In this document: positions 54,619 to 64,000 of the stretch, piece by piece | Position numbering within the stretch: the stretch's first letter is position 1 | Layout: every line of letters begins with the position of its first letter | Assembly: GCA_964016885.1 (NCBI GenBank) | Contig: OZ024753.1 | Coordinates: forward strand, 33,170,001 to 33,234,000 | Source of the DNA: Eledone cirrhosa | Lineage: Eukaryota | Reading direction: 5' to 3' | Length of the DNA: 64,000 nucleotides | The notes under the pieces: generated by a model | The model's input: only the letters and a program-made list of their open reading frames with translations | What the model was told of the DNA's origin: nothing | The model's database searches: none | Program-made: the position numbers and the translations under genes

Positions 54619-54895
54619 TATATAAATATATATATATTATATATATATATATATTATATATATAACATATATATATATATTATATATATATATATATATT
54701 ATATATATATATAATATAAATATATAATATATATATATAATATATTATATATATAATATATATATATATAATATATATATATATATAATATATATAATAT
54801 ATATATATAATATATATATATATAATATATATATATAATATATATATATATAATATATATATATATAATATATATAATATATATATATAATATAT

Positions 54896-54943
<48 letters not shown>

Positions 54944-54960
54944 ATATATTATAGATATAT
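54619..54960. repeat. Imperfect (TA)n tract
   Basis: Direct reading. Confidence 0.95.
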
Positions 54961-55613
54961 AGGCTTGGCACTTGTTGGTATAAGACGTGGAATGTCGTCT
55001 CTCCGGATTTGAAATTTTAATATTTTAAATCGACAGTAATCGGATTTATGTATGGTTTTAATTCTTCAGAGGACAAGGAAAACATACAAAAAAGATAAGA
55101 TAAGTTTTTGTGCTTTGACGCAATTATTTTGAAGTATATTTTACATATATTACCGTTTTGAACATGTTTATTTTCACTGTATGATTCATTCATGGGAGAC
55201 AACACACACACGTGCTTTCTATTTTTGTTTCATACAGAGCATTTTGGTTTAGCTTAAGCAATTTTGTATTAATTTTGATATTTCTGAGTGACATAATTTA
55301 ATTTGATATAATCTTGTTTGATTTTGTATAATCTTATCTGTATTTGACCCGATTTCGTTGTTTCTTGTATGATATGCTGATATTACAATAACTCCGTATA
55401 TTTGTAAACAGACATTTACATCGTGTTTCTATATCTCTGTTTCCGGTTTCTCCCATTCATTAATTTAAATTTAGATTTAAAAATTTATTTTTATATTTAT
55501 GAACTGCAGTTGCTCACGCTCTCACGCTGTCTCTATCTCTCTCCTTCCTCTCTCTCTCTCTCTCTCCCTCTCGATCAACGAGCTCTCTTTCTCCCTCTCT
55601 CTAGATCAACGAG

Positions 55614-55647
<34 letters not shown>

Positions 55648-55854
55648 TCTCTCTCTCCCTCTGACCCCCCCCCCACTCTTCCCGCTATCTCTCTCGCTCC
55701 CCTCTTCTGTCTCCCCCTTTTCTTTTCTTTTCTTTTCTTCTGTTTCTCTTTTTCTCTCGCTGGAGTTATATCTCTATCTCCCTCCCTCACTCTGTCCCTC
55801 TCTAACCTCTACTCTACACCTCCCACTGTCCCTCTTTCTCCCCTCCACAGCGAA

Positions 55855-56814
55855 ATGGACTGCATGCAGGAAAAATGGGAAAAATGTGAAATCAGGAGTC
55901 AGCGAAACTGGTCGAAGATTGAACTAGCGGTTTTGATCAAGGGGTGGACTATGGCTGATGGGTCTCCACCAAGCAAAAAGATGGCGGAGAACCTGAAGAG
56001 CCATGGGTTTATGAGGACCCTGGTACAGATAGAGAGAAAGAGAAAAATTGAGAAGGCGTATGTCCTCATAGCGCCTCATATGGCGATGCTAAGCCGTGTC
56101 CTCAGGGAGGAGAAAACCGAAGGGAGGGATGAGGAGAAGGAGAGGGAAAAGGAAGAGGAAAAGGAAAGGGAAAAAGAAAAGGAGGAGAGCACAAGCACGG
56201 ACCTGAAAGAAAATGATATACCCTCCGCTACAGGCAGGGAGGGCAGGCCGGGCAACCAACAAGCTAAGGGCAAAGGTGAAAAGCGAAATCACCTTCCGAA
56301 GGAGAACCAAGCGCAGAGGGACCAGTGGACAACTGTTCAAAGAAAGAACAGAAAGCACCGAGACACTGGGAGCAAAAAACACCAAGTAATGTGCAAGTTT
56401 TTCAAGAACGGGACATGCTGGTATGGAGAGACAGGGATGGGATGCAGATTCGCCCACCCTAGGTCTCAAACGAACTATGCCCATCATACTCGCGCAACAT
56501 GCCCCAGCCAAAGCCGAAATAAGCCGCTCCAGAAGTATGCTGATGTCGCGCGTGCTGCACCAACAAGGAGAAGGCACGCACATGCCGACGAGATACAGAT
56601 GGCAGCAGCAGATCAGAAAAATTTTTTAGTGATGGCCGAGAAGATTGTGGGACAGCTGACCTGGCTGCATCGTCTCCAGAGCCAGGGTCATCCACACCAG
56701 CACTCGAGACCACCGCAGTTAAGGGACCCAGAGTGGCCGCCGCTGACACCAGACCAGGTGTCATACCGACAGCCATTACTGGCACCCCAAAAGTCACACC
56801 AGTGCTGCTGCTGA
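55855..56814 (+). CDS. LINE ORF1 (319 aa): Myb/SANT-trihelix-like N-terminus, charged linker, CCCH zinc finger
   Basis: ATG at 55855 after the pyrimidine tract. NWSKIELAVLIKGW..MAENLKSHGFMRTLVQIERKRK and CKFFKNGTCWYGETGMGCRFAH (C-x7-C-x8-C-x3-H). The supplied 55423 start runs through CT repeats. Confidence 0.78.
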   Translation: MDCMQEKWEKCEIRSQRNWSKIELAVLIKGWTMADGSPPSKKMAENLKSHGFMRTLVQIERKRKIEKAYVLIAPHMAMLSRVLREEKTEGRDEEKEREKEEEKEREKEKEESTSTDLKENDIPSATGREGRPGNQQAKGKGEKRNHLPKENQAQRDQWTTVQRKNRKHRDTGSKKHQVMCKFFKNGTCWYGETGMGCRFAHPRSQTNYAHHTRATCPSQSRNKPLQKYADVARAAPTRRRHAHADEIQMAAADQKNFLVMAEKIVGQLTWLHRLQSQGHPHQHSRPPQLRDPEWPPLTPDQVSYRQPLLAPQKSHQCCC

Positions 56815-59774
56815 ATGTCAGGGGCCTGGTGAAACTCAGCAACATGAGTAAAATTTCCTACCTGGGAGACTTAGCCATAAGCAATCAAGCACTATGCATG
56901 GCACTAACCGAAACGCACCTGACAAGCAGTATAGCAGATGCAGAAATACATATACCGAAATATACTGTATTTCGTTCGGACAGGAAGGAGAGAACTCATG
57001 GTGGGGTTGCTCTGTATATCCGTGAAGATGTCACACCAATTGTTCTGTTGACACATTCAAACTCAGTCTGTGACACACTGATAATACATATGAAGCAACT
57101 ACAGACGGTAATATGTGTCACATATCGGCCGCCCGATGCCCCCAGTCATGAGGGTAAATTTGAGGATAGCCTAAGTAGGATAGAAGAGGTCCTTGACAAA
57201 TTGGACCAGGGTCTCAACATCCTACTGCTGGGAGACTTCAACCTACCAAAGGTCAAATGGCCTGAGGGCCACCTCCTCCCTGGAATGACGTCAATAGAAC
57301 AGAGACAGACGGAATCCCTGCTGGCCCTCACACACAGGCTGTTCATGGAGCAAGCAATACTCCTCCCAACAAGAGGCGAAAATGTCCTGGACCTCTGTTT
57401 TACAAACAACGAAGTGCTCATCCACAATGTAAAGGTGACACCAACAATTCTCTCGGATCATAACTTGGTAGAGCTAATGATATGTGGTCCAAGAGAACCA
57501 ACAGAGACAAAACCACCAAGAAGCTCCGGGACGCTATCCAGCCTTAACTTCTACGGGGCTGACTGGAAGAAGATTAAGAGTGAAATCCGGAAGCAAACAT
57601 GGAGTGCAAACATCGCCACACAAGACACTAACACACAATTTCAACACTTCATGACAACGATACACACCATATGCAAAAAGTGTGTCCCGGAGAAAGAGGC
57701 AAACAGACACAAAAATCTTATTCCCAGAGATAGGAAAATCCTTATGAGACGTAGAACTAAACTCTCAAACCAGTTGAATAGTCAACAAAACCAAAACAAG
57801 AAGGAATCCTATTTGAAACGTGCACTACTTGACACCGAGATTGCACTCAAGCTTTCACATGAGAATGAGAGGGCAAGGAAAGAGAACAGGGCCATAGAAA
57901 ACATTAAAACAAACCCTAAGGCCTTCTTTAAATTTGCAAAAGAAACTGCCTCAGTACACTGCAAGATTGGACCACTCTTCCACACGGACGGTTCATTAAC
58001 CGAAAATCCCCAAGAGATATGTGAAATACTGAATGAACAGTACAAAAGTGTCTTCACATGTCCACTGAGGCACATGCAAATAACGAAGCCAGAGGAGTTC
58101 TTTGATGCCACAACACTACATCAAGAAATGGCAACCATCAACCACATAGACATAACGGAGGAGGATGTGGTGTACGCCATTGATGAAATTAGAACAGACT
58201 CGGCTGCTGGACCTGATGGATTCCCAGCAGTTCTCCTAAAAATATGTAAGCGGGCCTTAGCAACTCCACTGAAGATGCTCTTCAGAAGCTCCTTGGCTAG
58301 CGGTGTACTACCCAGGGAGCTGAAAGAAGGCACAATATGCCCTATCCATAAAGGAGGTAGTAGAGCGGAGGCCAAGAACTATAGGCCAGTCTCCCTGACG
58401 TCGCATATCAGTAAGGTCATGGAGCGAGTCGTCAGAAAGAAACTAATCACTTTCCTCGAAGAAAATGACCGCCTGACTAGCACGCAACATGGCTTCCGCC
58501 CAGGAAGAAGCTGCCTTACACAGCTGCTACATCACTACGACTGGGTACTGAGACAGCTACTAGACAGCTCACATGTAGACGTGATATATCTTGACTTTGC
58601 GAAGGCCTTTGACAAGGTCGACCACGGAATGATATGTCACAAACTACACGGACTCGGCATAACTGGAAAAGTAGGTGAGTGGCTGCATGGCTTCCTGAGG
58701 GACAGAAGCCAGGCAGTCGCAGCAAATGGGGCTCTCTCGAGGGAAACACCGATAACAAGTGGGGTGCCTCAGGGGACAGTCCTGGGACCACTACTGTTTT
58801 TGGTGGCTCTCTCGGACATGCCCTCTGTGGTGCATGCAACAACATCCCTCACTAGCTATGCTGATGACACTAAGGTAGCACAGGCAATCAAAAACCCGGC
58901 TGACACTGCCCTCTTACAGCAGGATCTGGATGCCATATACAGATGGGCGGAAGAAAACAACATGCAGTTTAATGCTGGCAAATTCCAAGCCCTACAATAC
59001 AAACCTGCAAACACAAACACAAATATAGCGGAACACAGCTACACAGGACCAGGAGGGACCGATATCCCCGTGTCAAAATCGATACGAGACCTGGGCATAG
59101 ACATGAGCGATGATGCATCTTTTTCTTCACACATCATGAAGGTGGCGACAGCATGTAGACGATTCGCTGGCTGGATCTTGAGGACTTTCCTTACAAGAGA
59201 TCGAGACACCATGTTGACACTGTGGAGGACTTTTGTCCTAAGCCGCCTGGACTACTGCTCCCAGCTGTGGTCACCCCATAGTGTCAAACTAACCACAGAG
59301 CTTGAGGCAATCCAGCGAAGCTACACCAAGAGGATTGCCAAGATGAGGGAGACAAGCTACTGGGAGAGGCTGAAGGAACTGAACCTCTACTCCTTGGAGC
59401 GAAGACGGGAGAGATACGCAGTGATCTACATGTGGAAAATCCTGGAGGGACTAGCACCAAACTTTGGCATTGGGAGCTGGACCAACCGTCGAACAGGACG
59501 TCACTGTGTGGTGCCAAAGGTCCCGTCTTCCTCATCTAGAATAAGGAGCAGGTATTGCAATAGCCTGGGATTCAAGGGCCCTCAACTCTTCAACAAGCTG
59601 CCGAGGCATCTGCGAGACTTGCATGACGTGGAGGTGGATGTCTTTAAGAAACATCTCGACACCTTGTTATCCAGGATCCCGGATGAGCCCACAGCAAGAC
59701 ACGAGGGAAACCTAAGGGCAGCAGCAACAAACTCCCTCCTACACCAGTGGCCAACCTATACAGGCTGGAGATAA
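56628..59774 (+). CDS. LINE ORF2: APE endonuclease + reverse transcriptase (start inferred)
   Basis: LLNVRGL, ALTETHL, GGVALYI, YRPP, LLGDFN, LDL, SDHN; [85 protein letters not shown]. Frame is stop-free from 56544 to 59771. Confidence 0.93.
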   Translation, partial: SDGREDCGTADLAASSPEPGSSTPALETTAVKGPRVAAADTRPGVIPTAITGTPKVTPVLLLNVRGLVKLSNMSKISYLGDLAISNQALCMALTETHLTSSIADAEIHIPKYTVFRSDRKERTHGGVALYIREDVTPIVLLTHSNSVCDTLIIHMKQLQTVICVTYRPPDAPSHEGKFEDSLSRIEEVLDKLDQGLNILLLGDFNLPKVKWPEGHLLPGMTSIEQRQTESLLALTHRLFMEQAILLPTRGENVLDLCFTNNEVLIHNVKVTPTILSDHNLVELMICGPREPTETKPPRSSGTLSSLNFYGADWKKIKSEIRKQTWSANIATQDTNTQFQHFMTTIHTICKKCVPEKEANRHKNLIPRDRKILMRRRTKLSNQLNSQQNQNKKESYLKRALLDTEIALKLSHENERARKENRAIENIKTNPKAFFKFAKETASVHCKIGPLFHTDGSLTENPQEICEILNEQYKSVFTCPLRHMQITKPEEFFDATTLHQEMATINHIDITEEDVVYAIDEIRTDSAAGPDGFPAVLLKICKRALATPLKMLFRSSLASGVLPRELKEGTICPIHKGGSRAEAKNYRPVSLTSHISKVMERVVRKKLITFLEENDRLTSTQHGFRPGRSCLTQLLHHYDWVLRQLLDSSHVDVIYLDFAKAFDKVDHGMICHKLHGLGITGKVGEWLHGFLRDRSQAVAANGALSRETPITSGVPQGTVLGPLLFLVALSDMPSVVHATTSLTSYADDTKVAQAIKNPADTALLQQDLDAIYRWAEENNMQFNAGKFQALQYKPANTNTNIAEHSYTGPGGTDIPVSKSIRDLGIDMSDDASFSSHIMKVATACRRFAGWILRTFLTRDRDTMLTLWRTFVLSRLDYCSQLWSPHSVKLTTELEAIQRSYTKRIAKMRETSYWERLKELNLYSLERRRERYAVIYMWKILEGLAPNFGIGSWTNRRTGRHCVVPKVPSSSSRIRSRYCNSLGFKGPQLFNKLPRHLRDLHDVEVDVFKKHLDTLLSRIPDEPTARHEGNLRAAATNSLLHQWPTYTGWR

Positions 59775-59848
59775 AGTGTGTAGCAGCAAGGGCGGTGCCC
59801 CAGCATGGCCTCAGCCGGATGGCTGAAACAGGTAAAAGAGTAAAAGAG

Positions 59849-60305
59849 TATATATACATATATATACATATATATACATATATATATATATACATATATA
59901 TATATGTACATATATATATATGTACATATATATATATATACATATATACATATATATATATATACATATATATATATGTACATATATATATATATACATA
60001 TATATATATGTACATATATATACATATATATATATGTACATATATATACATATATACATATATATATACATATATACATATATATATATGTACATATATA
60101 TATATATACATATATATATATGTACATATATATATATATACATATATACATATACATATATATATATGTAGATATATATATATATATACATATATACATA
60201 TATATATATGTACATATATATATATATATACATATATACATATATATATATGTACATATATATATATATACACATATATACATATATATATATATACATA
60301 TATAC

Positions 60306-60336
<31 letters not shown>

Positions 60337-60671
60337 CATATATACATATATATATATATACATATATACATATATATACATATATATATATATACATATA
60401 CATATATATACATATATACATATATATACATATATATATATATACATATACATATATATGTACATATATATATATATATATACATATATACATATATATA
60501 TATGTACATATATATATATATACACATATATACATATATATATATATACACATATATACACATATATATATATACACATATATACATATATACACATATA
60601 TACATATATATATATATACATATATACATATATATATATATACATATATACATATATATATATATACATAT

Positions 60672-60706
<35 letters not shown>

Positions 60707-60715
60707 CATATATAC

Positions 60716-60780
<65 letters not shown>

Positions 60781-60791
60781 CATATATATAC

Positions 60792-60822
<31 letters not shown>

Positions 60823-60839
60823 CATATATATATATACAC

Positions 60840-60886
<47 letters not shown>

Positions 60887-60905
60887 CATATATACATATA
60901 TATAC

Positions 60906-60984
<79 letters not shown>

Positions 60985-61009
60985 CATATATATACATATA
61001 TATATATAC

Positions 61010-61040
<31 letters not shown>

Positions 61041-61189
61041 CATATATATACATATATATATATACATATATATACATATATACATATGTATATATATATA
61101 TATGTATATATATATACATATATATACATATATATACATATATACATATGTATATATATATATATGTATATACATATACATATATATAC

Positions 61190-61220
<31 letters not shown>

Positions 61221-61447
61221 CATATATATACATATATATATATATATACATATATATACATATATATATATATATACATATATATACATATATATACATA
61301 TATATACATATATATACATATATATATATATACATATATATACATATATATATATATACATATATATACATATATATATATATACATATATATACATATA
61401 TATATATATACATATATATACATATATATATATATACATATATATAC

Positions 61448-61478
<31 letters not shown>

Positions 61479-61803
61479 CATATATATACATATATATATA
61501 TATACATATATATACATATATATATATATACATATATATACATATACATATATATACATATATATATATATACATATATATACATATATATATATATACA
61601 TATATATACATATATATATATATACATATATATACATATATATACATATATATACATATATATACATATATATACATATATATACATATATATACATATA
61701 TATATACATATATACATATATATATATACATATATATATATACATATATATATATACATATATACGTACATATATATATACATATATATACATATATATA
61801 TAT
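59849..61803. repeat. ~1.95-kb TA microsatellite punctuated by CA (TATATACA-type)
   Basis: Direct reading. Confidence 0.97.
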
Positions 61804-62538
61804 CATTTGATCACCCCACTACACAAACTCCCATTGCTGCCATTAACAAACAAACAAATTAACAACACACCAAAACAATTAAAACCATCCACTCTCGCCT
61901 CTACATTTTTGCTTAACGCCCAAGGCATCAGCGCTTCCACCAATACTCAAAAATGGAAGATCAAATTCCTGGAGGACTGGATTGATGTCCATCCAAACCA
62001 CATCCCTTTCTTCGTCCTCACTGAAACCCATCTCAGTAACCTCCACTTGGAAGCCGAGGTGAAAGTGAAACATTTCAAAGCCATCCGTGCTGATCGCGCT
62101 GGCAGAAGAAAGGGAGGGACTGCCATTTATGTCCATAATTCTTTCTCAATAGAGGCTATGAACATATTCGCTAATGGATACTGTGAAGCAGTCACTGTAT
62201 TCAGTCAAACCAACAACCTAATAGTAGTTGGGCTCTATAGGCCACCCCAAACGCCTGTACCATGCTTCAAGGAATGCCTCAACAGCATAAAGTGTTTCAT
62301 CCAAGAGTGTCACCCTGACAACATCTTAATGATGGGGGACTTCAACCTCCCCGGAGTTGACTGGTCCACAAACAGCCTGCCACCAGGTTCTTCTGCCTCA
62401 ACCTCTGACAGGGAAGCTGTGGAATCGCTTCTTGACTTCATGGATGATTTCTTCCTATCCCAACTGGTGCTCGAACCAACGAGGTGCCACAAAAACGTCC
62501 TAGACTTAATTTTCAGCAATCACACTGACAATATCCAC
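61804..62538 (+). mobile_element. Endonuclease region of a second, divergent CR1-group LINE, cut by the assembly gap
   Basis: [52 protein letters not shown] with no stops up to the N-run. Confidence 0.88.
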
Positions 62539-62738
62539 NNNNNNNNNNNNNNNNNNNNNNNNNNNNNNNNNNNNNNNNNNNNNNNNNNNNNNNNNNNNNN
62601 NNNNNNNNNNNNNNNNNNNNNNNNNNNNNNNNNNNNNNNNNNNNNNNNNNNNNNNNNNNNNNNNNNNNNNNNNNNNNNNNNNNNNNNNNNNNNNNNNNNN
62701 NNNNNNNNNNNNNNNNNNNNNNNNNNNNNNNNNNNNNN
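62539..62738. other. Assembly gap (200 N)
   Basis: Round-number N run, probably a scaffolding placeholder. Confidence 0.98.
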
Positions 62739-62831
62739 CAGTACTCAAACTGTTATTAATCTTCATTGAAAAAGTCAATCTAAACATTATTTGAACAATT
62801 TAAGAAGGTACGTAGTGACAGGTAACAGCCT

Positions 62832-63000
62832 AATAACTGTTTCTACTTTTGGTACAAGGCCAGCAATTTTCCCAGTGCATTACTGGTACTTTTTTTTATA
62901 GACCCCATAAGGATGAAAGGCAAAGTTAACCTCGATGGCATTTGAACTCAGACCATAAAGTGGCATAACTCTATGCTACAAAGCATAGCGTCCGACCCTC
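62832..63000 (-). mobile_element. SINE family A, lacking extreme 5' end
   Basis: ctgtttctacttttggtacaaggcc..atttgaactcag..gcgtccgaccctc. Confidence 0.85.
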
Positions 63001-63639
63001 CACAGTGACAAGAAATCTGAAGATAAACCTTGGACAACTAGAGCTGAATCTGGGAGAAGATGCAAGCAAAAGAGTTATTTAATTGAATCAGCAAGATTTT
63101 ATCCTTGGTGCAAAGTTATAACAGCTCTTAACAATATGGGGTCCAATCTGTAGCATATATTCATACCAGATTTGAGGAGTATAGCTTTCACCCTTTTTAT
63201 TGTCTCTCACTAGTCACGGAGGTCAGGGAAAATTTTATCAACACTACTCTTCTCTCCCTCAGATAAATCTATAATATAAAAAATAACATATGTTGTGCCT
63301 AGAGCCAAATTTGTGGCAAGTAATTAGACAAGGTCTTTGAGTAGGGAATACCATTCTATCTATCTTCCAACAGTCAAGAAGATCCTGAAAAAGGGTCTTG
63401 GACATAGACCGTCCCACTTTAGATAAATCTACAATCAAGAATTTTTAAAATGAAAGCATATGTTGCTATGTAGTCAATGTATTGATCGTCTGATATCTCT
63501 GTTATTTATCATATATTGATTAGCTTCCAATTGAGAATTATTGGCTGCATTTTATTGCAACATAAAACAAAAAAAATTTGACTGATTTATTACTGAAGAA
63601 ACAATAAATAAATATTAACAAATATAAAACAATAACAAT

Positions 63640-64000
63640 GATAATAATATATAATAATAATAATAATAATAACAATAATAATAGTAATAGTAGTAATAAT
63701 AATGCTTTCTTTATTAACCACAAGGGTTTACATAAAGTAGACATTAAGGACAGTACAGGACAATACAGGACGGTACAAATGGGCATTTCTGCATGTAAAA
63801 AACAAAAACAGAGGATGTAACAAAAAAATAATGAAAAATTCCTCAATAGGGGGGAGACTTCGGAGGGACATTTGTGGAGAAAGCCCATTAAAAGGCCACA
63901 GTGACTCTGACGACCAGGGCAAGTGCCCTCTCCCAGTTTTCCACCTTTAATTTACAGACACATACTCAGAGTAGGCCCATTCACCCAGGCCATACTTGCT
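63640..64000 (-). mobile_element. 3' end of a probable L1/Tx1-clade LINE running out of the window
   Basis: Minus strand: ORF end ..ASMAWVNGPTLSMCL* (stop 63952-63954), T-rich 3' UTR, gtaaacccttgtggttaataagaaa, then an (ATT)n tail. Clade call is from recall only. Confidence 0.55.

Larger units (their letters stand above)
54961..59848 (+). mobile_element. Apparently full-length CR1/L2-group non-LTR retrotransposon (5' boundary uncertain)
   Basis: Two intact overlapping ORFs, CT-rich leader, short 3' UTR ending (GTAAAAGA)2, and (TA)n on both flanks. Confidence 0.85.

Noticed and set aside
55423-55854. N-terminal 144 aa of the supplied 463-aa ORF
   Set aside because: GTG start reading through CT microsatellite. 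The likelier start is ATG 55855.
59644-61862. 650-850 aa Y/I-rich ORFs in several frames
   Set aside because: Translations of the TA/CA microsatellite. Only the part after 61804 is real (endonuclease).

Overview
AT-rich, repeat-dominated eukaryotic DNA with no recognisable host-gene exon. The SINE and LINE repertoire and dense (TA)n/(CA)n tracts suggest an octopod cephalopod (inference). Contents: about 20 tRNA-derived SINE copies in at least 3 families; several decayed RTE-clade LINE fragments; an internally deleted mariner; a Tc2-type MITE; two long palindromes, one beside a minimal hammerhead-ribozyme motif (Penelope-like); the 3' end of an L1/Tx1-like LINE; and a 200-N assembly gap. The main feature is an apparently intact CR1/L2-group LINE (~54961-59848) sitting between (TA)n tracts. 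Its ORF1 carries a Myb/trihelix-like domain and a CCCH zinc finger. Its ORF2 (APE endonuclease + RT) has no AUG ahead of the first endonuclease motif, but is open in the -1 frame from a retrovirus-type slippery site (A AAU UUU UUA) inside ORF1. Most ORFs in the supplied track are microsatellite artefacts.
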